Shown: positions 39,816-50,400, counted from the first letter of the stretch. The stretch is 64,000 nucleotides of DNA from a virus (IMGVR_UViG_3300034061_004392:1773-65772); one strand, 5' to 3'. Numbers and translations are program-made. Notes: generated from the sequence alone by a model not told the origin.

Positions 39816-40330
39816 ATATTAACCTTTTACAAAATTGTCAACGGTTTGTTGGCGGATTTGATCCATTACATTTTTGAAAACTTCCTCGCTTACATTTTGC
39901 GAAAGGACACTTACTAAAATTGAATGTAGGTAGCCAGAGGTGTAAGAATAGCCGCCCACGGTGTTATATTTTTGAACATTGACAGCCGTGAAACCTTCCA
40001 GGGTTGCTTTGGCCTCATCACGGCGGCGTTGGACTGTTATTAAACTTTTGTGCATACTTGATTCTCCGTAATTTTCACAATGTAAACCGTTGGATCAGCC
40101 TTGAATGCCCAATCTTTTTTAACATGGTCTTTGGCTTCCTCCAAGGTCTTAAAAGTGGCTCGCCAGCGAACCTGTTTGGAACGAATCTGATATTTTGTTT
40201 TCATCATGCGTCCTATCAATCAATATGGATACATTATGGGGTATCCATGCCGAATTGTCAAGGACTTTTTTTGTTGTAATTTTGACAACATGGCTACTGG
40301 ACCGCTCAGGACCTAGTGGCTATGCGGTCC

Positions 40331-40359
40331 GACGGGAGGCTAGGAAGGGTTATAGGAGG
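40331..40359. repeat. 29-bp direct repeat, copy 1
   Basis: GACGGGAGGCTAGGAAGGGTTATAGGAGG, identical to 43176-43204. Confidence 0.9.
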
Positions 40360-40393
40360 TTTTCTGGTAGTGGTCCATATGGAGATATCAGCC

Positions 40394-40422
40394 AAAAAAA
40401 GAGCCTCCTATGCGGAGGCTCT
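40394..40422 (-). terminator. Rho-independent terminator
   Basis: AGAGCCTCC-GCATA-GGAGGCTCT followed by a T-run on the minus strand. Confidence 0.85.
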
Positions 40423-40644
40423 GGAAATTATCAAAAAAGAAATTGTTGGATTATTAATTTTTATCCATTGGTACGGCTATTATCTTACAATTAACATTCC
40501 TAGGCAATTCTTTTTGGCATTCCTCAATGGCTTGCCTTGCTTCGGCTTGACCAAAATGATGGCCAAAAAGTGTTCCTAGGAATGCAAAGAAAAGCATTAA
40601 AATAAATGTAGGTCCATCGCTCATTATTCAATTCCAAAAGGTTT

Positions 40645-40890
40645 TTATCCAAAAATAGCTTGATTCATTTCATACACTTTCATTTCCTTTTCCGTGTATG
40701 ATACGGCATGCCATTCACCGTCAGGTGTCTGGGCTTTTACAATATCAAAAGAATAGATAGAACCCATTTCCGTGCAATAGCCTTCAACCTCTGCAAAGCG
40801 GGTGACAGCCTTTTTATTATCCATCATGGTACCGAACCATCCATTACGGAGTTGGATACGCATACCTTTTTTAATTTCAGCGGTTTTCAT
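40645..40890 (-). CDS. Hypothetical early protein
   Basis: MKTAEIKKGMRIQLRNGW.GTMMDNK; AGGAG RBS before 40890. Confidence 0.65.
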   Translation of the reverse strand: MKTAEIKKGMRIQLRNGWFGTMMDNKKAVTRFAEVEGYCTEMGSIYSFDIVKAQTPDGEWHAVSYTEKEMKVYEMNQAIFG

Positions 40891-40906
40891 AAAATCTCCT
40901 ATAAAA

Positions 40907-41755
40907 TTAACCACAGATTGTATACTCAGCAAGGGACTTCCAGTTGCCGTTCGGGTTTGCTTTGCGAATCTTGGTCACTTGGATCAAGGTACGCAGTGAC
41001 AATTCCTTGACAGTATCTCGCAGGGAATTAATCAGGTTCAAGGCATCAAGTTTCATTGCCCGTGGGAACTCAGGCATGAATTCATCGGAATCAAGGATGA
41101 ATTTCATCCGCTCAATTTTTTGTTGCGGTGTCATAGACAGGTCAACGGCCATTGATCGGGTGATGATGGCTTGGTCAATCTGATTGGATGACAGGTTGCT
41201 GATAAAAATAACACGGCCTTTGAATTCAAAAGTGGTAGGCAGGTCATCATCACGGAGGTCAGCACGCCATGAGATAATACGGCGAGAATAGGAATCCAAT
41301 GCACCTTTGAGCAGGTTAAGGGATACAGGGTCTTTGAGGACAGAATCACAATCATCAAAAACAATCACGCCGTTACGGTTCTCATATAGTGTACGGTACA
41401 GGCCTTTAGGTGTTGAATAGCCTTTGATTACACGGTAGGCACTTTTGCTGATGGCTTCGCCAACTTCAAAATCTTCGGTCAGCGAAACATCCTGCAGGCC
41501 TGCTTGGCGTAGGGCTTGGGTTACAGTAAAGGACTTGCCAAGACCGCCAGGACCAGTGACAATGACGGAAGCCTGATCGCCAATAGCCAACATGGTAACC
41601 ATGTCAGATACAAAGCCGAATCGCTCATTAATTGAAAAGCGGGACTCCACAGCAGGAGTAGGCTCTGCATTAAACTTGGTGATAGTAACGGGACCATTTA
41701 CTTGGTTTTTAGTACGGCGGTAGCCTGCTTTTGGGACGCCTCTTGGCATAATCAA
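40907..41755 (-). CDS. P-loop AAA-type ATPase (early)
   Basis: VTGPGGLGKS Walker A; IVFDDCD Walker B; LLKGALDS; F.F.GRVIFISN. Confidence 0.8.
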   Translation of the reverse strand: MIMPRGVPKAGYRRTKNQVNGPVTITKFNAEPTPAVESRFSINERFGFVSDMVTMLAIGDQASVIVTGPGGLGKSFTVTQALRQAGLQDVSLTEDFEVGEAISKSAYRVIKGYSTPKGLYRTLYENRNGVIVFDDCDSVLKDPVSLNLLKGALDSYSRRIISWRADLRDDDLPTTFEFKGRVIFISNLSSNQIDQAIITRSMAVDLSMTPQQKIERMKFILDSDEFMPEFPRAMKLDALNLINSLRDTVKELSLRTLIQVTKIRKANPNGNWKSLAEYTICG

Positions 41756-41814
41756 TTCTCCATATCAAGTGTTGATAGTGCTATTATGGGGTATATCTTG
41801 CCAATTGTCAAGGA

Positions 41815-43896
41815 TTATTTTTGTTGCAAAAGTGACAATGCCTCAGGATCATATTTTTCAATAAAAGCAACAAATTCTTTATTTGTCATTTTGTCAAGTT
41901 TTTCCATCAAGGCTTCCCATGCTAGGTCTACTAGGTCATATTCGGATGCCTTTGTGATCCAACGATCCGCATAGGTTCGCTGGAGGTGTTCTCGGTCGAT
42001 ATCTGATATTTTCATGGTATAAGTGTAAAGGAATTAAATTGAATTGTCAAGGGTTATTCCAGTCCTCTAGCCACTCCTCTAGGTTGTCATATTGATATTC
42101 TGCCCACTCCCAAAAGTGTTGCAATAATAGCAATGGGAGCAGGATTGTCAATCTGACAACCCATGTTAGTGTCCACTTCATATTGTAGTGGTTGCTTCGG
42201 CAGCCATCATCATGATAGCCCTGCCTGCTGCCTCTCGGGCATTGGTGCCTGCATAGTCATCGGACAGGCTATTGAAGCCACGATATAATTCCCAATTACC
42301 TGCACGGCTTACCTCTACCCGATAATCATAAGGATTGGTAAATGGGTCAGCAAGGGTCACAATACGGACCAGTCCAAAATCTTTTATCATCATATTATTC
42401 ACCTATAAATTCTACAATTTCCACTACCTCACCGCTAGGGAAATACTTTTGAAAAAATGCCTCGGCTTCGGCTTCAGTATTGACACCTCTAACCGTTACC
42501 TCATACGGATAAGAATAATCACCTACATTGTACACCACACGGTAACCTAATTTTTTACCTTCAAAGGTTACCTTCGGTTTTACCGTTTTAGGTTTTCGAG
42601 GTGTTTTAGGTTTTGCCTCAGGTGCTACACCTCGGGGCTTATTTTTACTGCCTTTGGGTCTACCCATGTTAGTCTCCACTCACATTTGCATAAAGGTTAA
42701 CCCGCTGCCATGCCCACAGGTCTGTTATCTTATTGAAAACAGGACCGAATAGGTAACCCGTATTGGCCACGCAGGTCTGCCAGCCACCGATAACACTTTT
42801 ACAATTAATTGTCATAATTAAAACTCCTCGCCATAGTAGCCGTAATCCTCATCGGTGCCGTAGCCAGCTGAGGCCATGGCCGAATCGAAATCACCATCCA
42901 TGGAATCGTCATAAGCCTCGGCCATTTGATCCATGAATTCCTCGAAAATCAATTCCACATCGGTAATTGTCATATTGAACATTTCCGCTATTTCAGCAAA
43001 GGTCAGGTCGCCAGCGGAAATTTGGTCTTGCACCTTTGATATGATATCCATTTGATAATCTCCTTTGTTTAATCAATCAGTATGGATACATTATGGGGTA
43101 AGTGGCTCGAATTGTCAAGGGCTCCATGGGTCATTTTTTGCATGGTCTTAGGATTGTCTTATAATAAGACGGTTAGACGGGAGGCTAGGAAGGGTTATAG
43201 GAGGCTCCAGGTAGGGGGTTGATATTAGACTATGGCTGGCTAGGATCGCCTCCCACAGCCCGGTGTTATCCATTTGATAACATTTCCCCCAGGAGGTGCT
43301 TCGTTGACCAATCATGGACTGCCAATGGATACATTATGGGGTATCCACCGGCAATTGTCAAGGATTATTCCATTAATCCTCGCTCTAGCATTTCCGACAA
43401 TAGTTCCGCATCCGTCAGGTCTCTCCAGCCCTTGACACCAAATTCTAGTATATTTGACAAGTATTCAAAATCCCGATTGGCTATACATTCCGTTATGGTA
43501 TTGATATCATCATCCAACAAGGCATCAATGGCCTTTTCACGGTTAAACATTTGATAACACTCCTTTAGGTTAGGCTACTAGGTTGTCATATTGCAAAGTG
43601 GGTTCAGGGAATATAATTTCCCCATCATATTCCAACTGGTCCTTTTCAAATTGTGAAAGGTAGCGGTCATTTTCGATTGACCAATCGATAACATATTCCT
43701 CAAAATAATTGTCGGAAATTTCCACTGAGGTTCTTGCAATATTGAAAACTTCCTGAAAATCCACATCTACAGGAAGGCCCAGGACTTTATACTCTGAGCC
43801 GCCTTTGGCTTTCCAATACTGCGGGCATTCGCCTTTGCCGTCCCAATCGTGGGCGCCGTAATTTTCGTGGACTTGGGTGCGGATCACTAGCATCAT
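41815..43896 (-). CDS. Small promoter-linked early ORFs (41815, 42178, 42395, 42818, 43365, 43570)
   Basis: ORF track; most have an RBS and lie directly downstream of a repeated promoter. Confidence 0.6.
43176..43204. repeat. 29-bp direct repeat, copy 2
   Basis: Identical to 40331-40359. Confidence 0.9.
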
Positions 43897-44158
43897 GGGA
43901 ATCTCCTTTAATCAATCAATGTATGGATACATTATGGGGTATCCATGCCGAATTGTCAAGGGTTTTAGCCGTTATAGTAAGCCTCAGGTAAAAAACCTTT
44001 TAATCGGTCCTCTGGCACGGATGCCAGTAATTCCTCCAAGGCTGTATAATCCTTGTCCTGGATATCTTTTTCAATTTGGTCAATTACGGAATTAATAAGG
44101 TTTTCTTTGGTATTCATTTGATAACACTCCTATAGGTTAGTGGTTACTATTTTATTAA

Positions 44159-44908
44159 TTATGCAGCCTTGAGCATAATTGTCGGAAACTTAACAAAGCC
44201 GCTGGTATCTTTTTTTGCTTTGCCTTTTGCATACAGGCCAACGATAACACCTTTAGGATCAAGGAAGCGGAGGTCGGAATCGTCACCATTGAATACAGGC
44301 AGACCATTGTAGGACTCAGGCATTGGTTCGGTCTTTTTGATGCCGAACACCGTTGCCACATTATAGCCTTGCTGAATGGCTTTGAGGACATCCAGGTCAT
44401 TGCCATCGGCAGCGGAGAAGGTCAAGTGGTAGTTAGGAATGCCTTTCACTTTGCGACCAAGGATTTTGGTGTAATCATAGAATTGGACATCAGGGAAAGC
44501 GGCAAAGATATTAGCATAATCAACACCATCCACGGTGACCGAATACTTTTCAAAGGACAGGTCAGAGGTGCCATTCAAGCGGAAAACAGGAATCAAACCA
44601 AGCTTAGCCGATTGTTTAATCGCCAGCTTAATATCTGCTACAAGCCATTCCATGAAACCTTTTCGTTCCTCAAAGAAAAATAAGGTCTTGCGGATACGGG
44701 CTTGTTGGATAATGTTAGTGGTCTCGCCTTTTTTAAACATTCCACCACGACCAGCGGTATTAAGACAGGCAGCCGTGCAGCCAGCGGTCCGCTTCGGGCA
44801 GGTCTCAAAGCCAGATAGGTTAGCAGGTGCAAGGTGCAGGATATAGGTGTTATAGCCTTGCTTAGTGCCTTTGAGAATCTTAGGATTGCCTGTGGATAAC
44901 AATTTCAT
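44159..44908 (-). CDS. Phage GP88-like protein (Fe-S/radical-SAM-like)
   Basis: C-x6-C-x3-C (CPKRTAGCTAAC); RLNGTSD; QFYDYTK; NYHLTFS; GD..DLRFLD; GL.AKG. Start taken at MKLL (GAGGAA RBS). Confidence 0.7.
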   Translation of the reverse strand: MKLLSTGNPKILKGTKQGYNTYILHLAPANLSGFETCPKRTAGCTAACLNTAGRGGMFKKGETTNIIQQARIRKTLFFFEERKGFMEWLVADIKLAIKQSAKLGLIPVFRLNGTSDLSFEKYSVTVDGVDYANIFAAFPDVQFYDYTKILGRKVKGIPNYHLTFSAADGNDLDVLKAIQQGYNVATVFGIKKTEPMPESYNGLPVFNGDDSDLRFLDPKGVIVGLYAKGKAKKDTSGFVKFPTIMLKAA

Positions 44909-45301
44909 AACATTTCCTCTCAATCAATCATTAATCAGTATGGATACATTATGGGGTATCCACTGGCAATTGTCAAGGGTTATTAGGCTTTTCCTAAGAT
45001 ATCATCAGGACCCATATAATAGACCATGGTCATAAAGTCCGTTGTTACTCTGACAACCGCAAGGTCCGTTGTCATTTCAGCAAGGAGTCCAACGAAAATT
45101 TCACCATTAGATTCAAATTTGACAAGGTCGCCAGGTATAGGTTTTGTTGTCATTATCGCACCTTTTTACGGAACACCGCAGCCACTTCACCATAGCTAAT
45201 TTGCAATTCCATGGAGATATAGTCTATGGTGTCAGGTTGACAACCTTTCGGATCACCTAGTTCCTTAGCCATGGCCAATATCATTTTATCAATTGTTTTC
45301 A

Positions 45302-45520
45302 TTATAGCAATCCTTTCTGGTATTTCGAGCCATCAAACCATAAGCAAAAAAGTAACACCCATACAACCATTATTGATCCAGCAACCATTTCAAAAGAATA
45401 TCCATATAGGTGTTTCATTAATAGTCCAACAAGTAAAGGACCACCCATAAAAGGACTCATTAGAATAAATGTCCATCCGATAATCTTTTGCATTATAGTG
45501 CCATTCGTTTTATTCATCAT
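45302..45520 (-). CDS. Small two-TM membrane protein
   Basis: Two hydrophobic segments; start lies immediately after the promoter at 45527-45555 (possibly leaderless). Confidence 0.5.
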   Translation of the reverse strand: MMNKTNGTIMQKIIGWTFILMSPFMGGPLLVGLLMKHLYGYSFEMVAGSIMVVWVLLFCLWFDGSKYQKGLL

Positions 45521-45936
45521 GGATACAGTATAGAGGAATGCCAGGGAATTGTCAATGGTAATCCACAGGTTTTGTGCGGATTCTTGCGGAATTCTGCGGT
45601 ATTATCAAGGTGTTAAAAAGTGGGGGAAAGTGTCGCATGATTCCTCGCTGGTTCCTCTGGGGATCAGGTCTTTGCATGAGCCACCGAGCCATCCTTTCAG
45701 AATTTATACTGGCAGGACAGGTTCAGAGGGTCTCAGAGGGGTTAAAATACTGGCATTGGGTATAGCATAGTGGCCCGAAAAAGCCTCGGAGATACCCTTC
45801 TGGCAGGAATCTTATCAGAAGGACACTCTATTGCAATAATGATAACATATAGTGCAGGAGTGGATTAGAGCCTCGGATGTCCAGTGCTATGGTGTAATAA
45901 TACAGATATACCCCCGAATTGTCAATGGTATATACC

Positions 45937-45967
45937 AAAAAAAGTCCTTAGCATTGCACTAAGGACT
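45937..45967 (-). terminator. Rho-independent terminator
   Basis: AGTCCTTAG-TGCAATG-CTAAGGACT followed by a T-run on the minus strand. Confidence 0.8.
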
Positions 45968-45986
45968 GTTAGTAATATTACTATGA

Positions 45987-46283
45987 TTATGCGTATACTT
46001 TGGTGATGGTGACAGGAGAAGGTTTACGGGCTGCCTTTTTTGCTTTTGTTCCCACTTTTGGTGCTTTGAGAGCGGCCAGCTTGGCTTCCATTTTGGCGAT
46101 TCGGGCAGCCTTTTTGGCTTCACGGTCTTGGATTTTCAGGTCCCGCATGGCAGCCTTGGATTCTGCGGCTACATTTTTTGCAAAGTACAATTCGGCTTTG
46201 AGGCGTTTTAAGGTCTCACGGTTTGCCTTCAGGTTGGCCATAGTGGTGGCAATATTGGCTTTGATGGAATCAACGGTTGTCAT
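45987..46283 (-). CDS. Basic Lys/Ala-rich coiled-coil early protein
   Basis: Own promoter, AGGAG RBS and terminator. Confidence 0.7.
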   Translation of the reverse strand: MTTVDSIKANIATTMANLKANRETLKRLKAELYFAKNVAAESKAAMRDLKIQDREAKKAARIAKMEAKLAALKAPKVGTKAKKAARKPSPVTITKVYA

Positions 46284-46347
46284 AATGTAATCTCCTAATT
46301 AATTAATGTGGATACAGTATAGCGGCTTTGGTACCAATTGTCAAGGG

Positions 46348-46542
46348 TTAATCTTCAATTTCCCAGCCGTCTTCCTCGAGGCTGGAAATGTAGTCACTCA
46401 GATAACACCGGTAGGCTACAGGATCGCATTCCCGTAGGATCGTGGACTTATTAAACTCAATACCTGCTACCTCCACGGTACCTTCACAATCCAAGGCATC
46501 CTCGAACATATCCACAGCGGTTGCATAATCGATAACATTCAT
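46348..46542 (-). CDS. Small acidic early protein
   Basis: AGGAG RBS; LD....V...G..F..S..L...DP.AY motif. Confidence 0.65.
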   Translation of the reverse strand: MNVIDYATAVDMFEDALDCEGTVEVAGIEFNKSTILRECDPVAYRCYLSDYISSLEEDGWEIED

Positions 46543-47140
46543 TTTGGGCTCCTATCGTCCATTGCATCCTTGATAATAACTACACTTGCAAATAAAGCAA
46601 ATATTACAATGATAATCTCAGCGGCATCCATATGTTATCCTTTTATTATTGGCACAGGCTGATCAGGTCACAGGCTACCTCATAGGCACCGCTACCCACG
46701 ATGGAGGCTACGGTGAGGACGGCTTTGTGAAAATAGGCACCGAACAGGATTGATACGGAAATGATAATTGCTTGCATTTTGGTTCTCCTTCGTTTTCTTC
46801 ACTGTATGGACACAGTATACAGGCAACGGTGCCAATTGTCAAGGGCTTTGTGGTACTTTGTGGGTTCTGAGGTGGCTTGGGTGTTGCTGGAAGGATAAGG
46901 TTTGGAGGACTTAGTGAAATTAAAAAAAAGGGTTGGAGGTCAAACCCCTAGACCCGTAACTAGAAATCTGGAAGTGGAACCCATGGAAACCAAAATTTTT
47001 TCCGGAGCGGAATCAGAGGAATTTCGAATTTTTCCCTACAGTACCTACAGCCATCCACAGAAACACCATAGCAACTCTTAGGGAATTCAGGCTTCTTTTG
47101 AGGTAATACAGTCTATACTTCAGAGAGGTTCTCATTAGTC

Positions 47141-48703
47141 TTATGCATTGTCAGGTATATTGTATTTTCTTTCGTACTGTGAGTGATGTCCTATAGTCTC
47201 TGGTCCAGGATACATTACATTACTCTCTACAGGCAGACCAAAGCATTTACGAATATTCTTTCGGTCAGCTTGAGAACCACAGCAATCTATACACTCTTGT
47301 ATAATCAACTCGGCGAATTTTTTACACTCGGGCATATCCCAGTGTCCGATGCCAAAGCCATCTTCCATGTATCCAGCCTGTACGGCAAGTTCTCTGATTC
47401 GTTTATTCATTATTCTAGTCCAAAGTGTTGTCTGATCGTTTTATCAATTCTACGCTGATACTGTTCATCAGTAAAGGTAAGAGGAAATAATGAGGCACAT
47501 TCTTTCACTATTAGCTCGGCGAACTTCCAATATTCAAAATGGTCAGTATGAGGGCTGCCAGTTTTAACATAACATTGTTCGGCAAGTTCTTCAATTCTCT
47601 CGTTCATCATTCAACTCCAAAGTGCTGCTTGATAGCTTTCTCAACAAACACAGTACCATCATAGTTCTCAGAGATACCACTGGTCTTTAGTGTGTACTCT
47701 CTGGCTACTCTTGAGGCTTCTGTGATAATTAACTCAGCTAACATCTCAATCCTATGTTGGCAATCTTCTGAGATATTTTTCTGTAGACCATGATTACGCA
47801 TGATCTCTGATATTCTTTGGTTCATTTTTTGGTTCATTTTGTGGACCACTCGCAGGTGATTTGGTTACCTTGTATGCAATCTTTGAAATTTCCTGTCGGA
47901 CTTGGTAAAGCTCGTATGATGATGGGTGATTGACAACCAGAGAGAAATAGGGCGGCCAACAGTAGAAGTCTGGAAGGCGGGTACAACCATTGAGGGATCG
48001 TCATAGATTCTTTAAGGTAGACCAGTGTTTAAGTTTCTCTCTCTTAGCTCGAACATAATGTTGGAGACGAAGTGGTTTGATTATTCCTTGCTCAATACAT
48101 AGGTCGATCATACACTGAAGGTCACCAAGTTCTTTGTGTAGCGTTTCGATACTTGATTCATTGGTGATAGGATTGTGATTGTCAATCCCGAATCGATGGA
48201 TTTTTGAGACGGCTTGGATGACTTCAGCAGCTTCTTCTTGCAGAATGACTAGGGTTTCATTCATTTGTAGGTGTTCACATCAAAGATAATAAAAGCACCG
48301 GCGCAAAACCAGAACAGACCGACGACCCAATCTCCAACGACTAGATTGAGTAGACCACAGAACATATTCATTCCACCAATGGTATAACCAATTCTTGTTC
48401 TGTTTTGCAGAAACCATTCAACAATCTTTTCTTTCATAATTAGATTATCCCAAATTCATTTTTGATTGCTCGGATGTAAACATCTGCACTCTTACCATAA
48501 TTGAAGCCTGCAGGAATATTATCTTGTTCTCGCATGATTCTAAACACTTCCTCTAGAATCAATTTACCATAATCATCAACTTCATCTGCTTCTGCCCAGC
48601 CAGCAACAAAGTAATGCCTAGGAGTCTCATTATCAATGTAATTGAGAACTCCGGCATCGACAGCTAACTCAGACAACTTACGATTCATATTTTTATCGGC
48701 CAC
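47141..48703 (-). CDS. Family of small paralogous proteins (47141, 47410, 47607, 48440)
   Basis: Shared MN.RI.EL...AELI..E...I..HFG pattern. Confidence 0.7.
48001..48264 (-). CDS. MazG-like nucleotide pyrophosphohydrolase
   Basis: LQEEAAEVIQAVSK..RFG; L.KELGDL. Confidence 0.75.
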   Translation of the reverse strand: MNETLVILQEEAAEVIQAVSKIHRFGIDNHNPITNESSIETLHKELGDLQCMIDLCIEQGIIKPLRLQHYVRAKREKLKHWSTLKNL

Positions 48704-49017
48704 ACACAGCTAGAATGTCTGTTGCACTCATTCCTTTTTCGATAGCCTTAACATGGCACTCATGGGTATTTGAATTTGAGTTCATAGCAAGACCAAACAG
48801 CATTGCAAAGAAAAGCAAAAAGCCTGCAACAAAAGCGATAGTATCAAAATGTTCCTTCATGATTTACTCCTGATTAGTGGGGGTTGATTTAAATGCACGA
48901 TGCATAGACTTTCTCCATTTTACTTTCTGTCTCTTGGGGAGAGCATTGTAAATTGTACGAAAGTGCTTATGTTCTTTCTCATCCTTTACATAACTAAAAA
49001 ACTTCGGTAATGCCATA

Positions 49018-50400
49018 TTAGTTCTCCGCTATTAGTGTTCTACTTTTTACATCCCAAAAATGTTCAATAGCTTTCTTTGCAAAAGTTGCATCTAGGTATT
49101 GTCCTAAATGTCTTTCATCATCAGCCGCAAGATAGGTATATTCATTGACATATACTACAGCAAACCAGTTCTCTTGTAAAGCGAGTTTTGAAGCTTTGCC
49201 ACAAATCTTGCCAGTCGCTTCTTCATAATAGTAATAGGTTTCTGCTCCGTAACTTCTAAGTTGCCAATTATACATACACATCCACTTTCGTTGCTGAAAC
49301 TACTATTTCATGTTGCCTCTCTTGATAGGCTTGCATCTTTTCTTTTTTCATTGCCGCTTCTAAACGATCCATCTGATCTCTGTAATCTTCTATACGGAGA
49401 TTACGGCGTAACTCTAAAAGATTGACATACGCATTAATCTTTGCTATGTTCATTTTTGTTTTCCTTTACTGCTTGTAATAGGTCTAATAGTGAGTATGAT
49501 GAAGTACCCCAATAATCAGAATCTATAATAGGTTCTGTGTTTGCTTGTGGATCTGATTGTTTAAACGGGATGATGTTGGATTGTAGATTCTTTAGGCTCA
49601 TAATGTTTATCACATAGAGTTCTTACCCAACTAGTCGGTCTTAGTTCTCCTCTATTACCGCATACTTCACAAATGTGATAAGACATTCTTTCTGCTAGGT
49701 CAATAGCACCATCAGCATAACTGTTTGTATTATCAGCATAGAACCTCAGACCACCAAACTTTTCTTTAATCTGAACAACTCTAGGAAACTCATCTCCTGC
49801 ACGATGATAGATGATTCTAGAAAGTTCATCAACCAGAGAAAACCATCCTTTGTCTATGTAAATACCACAATAAGGATCTCCATACATCTCAGGATAAACC
49901 TCTTTGAGATATTCTACAAATTTGTCAAGATTGTCAATAGCATCAATGTCCATAATACTCTAGTGTTCTCCGTGACACTTCTATCCACATCATACTAACT
50001 TCTTGAAAGTCATACATGGCTTTATATTCTTCAGTGACTTGATATGATTCAAGCCAGACAGTGTACTCATCTACCTTTGTTGGTAGAAACGCAAACTTGT
50101 TTCGGCGTCTGATATCACCAACTTTAGGTTCTGGTCTTTTTGTTAACCATCTCATGATTAAGCTCCATCATATGGATTTAGATACTCATCTACTTTCTGA
50201 TTTGCTTCTTCAAGTGTTAATGCATAAACAGTAAATGCCATTATACCTTTTGCATTGATAGAAATAGTAAAAGGTACAGGACCACCACGAAACTCAAAAT
50301 CTTCAGGTACAGGTCGTAGGATACGAAACTTCTGAGTCTGTTTCATTCGGTCAATGATTTCGCTGGTAAGCTGGCTAGGTGTTTTATCAGTCATGGTCAT
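49018..50400 (-). CDS. Small hypothetical ORFs (49018, 49268, 49561, 49943, 50158)
   Basis: 49561 carries GW..L...QIKEKFGGLRFY...CE.CG..G...W..TLC..H, a common phage family of unknown function. Confidence 0.6.

Larger units (their letters stand above)
39425..46842 (-). repeat. Array of at least 12 repeated sigma70 early-promoter elements (TTGACA-N17-[TC]A[TC].[AC]T)
   Basis: -35 TGTCAA (+ strand) at 39448, 40256, 41806, 42045, 43113, 43356, 43954, 44971, 45550, 45920, 46339 and 46837, each with a 17-nt spacer. Five share ATGGATACATTATGGGGTA. Confidence 0.9.

Noticed and set aside
39425-46842. CRISPR array interpretation of the recurring ~38-bp repeats
   Set aside because: Spacing is irregular (about 240-1550 bp), the intervals contain genes, and the repeats are TTGACA-N17 promoters. 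No cas genes are present.
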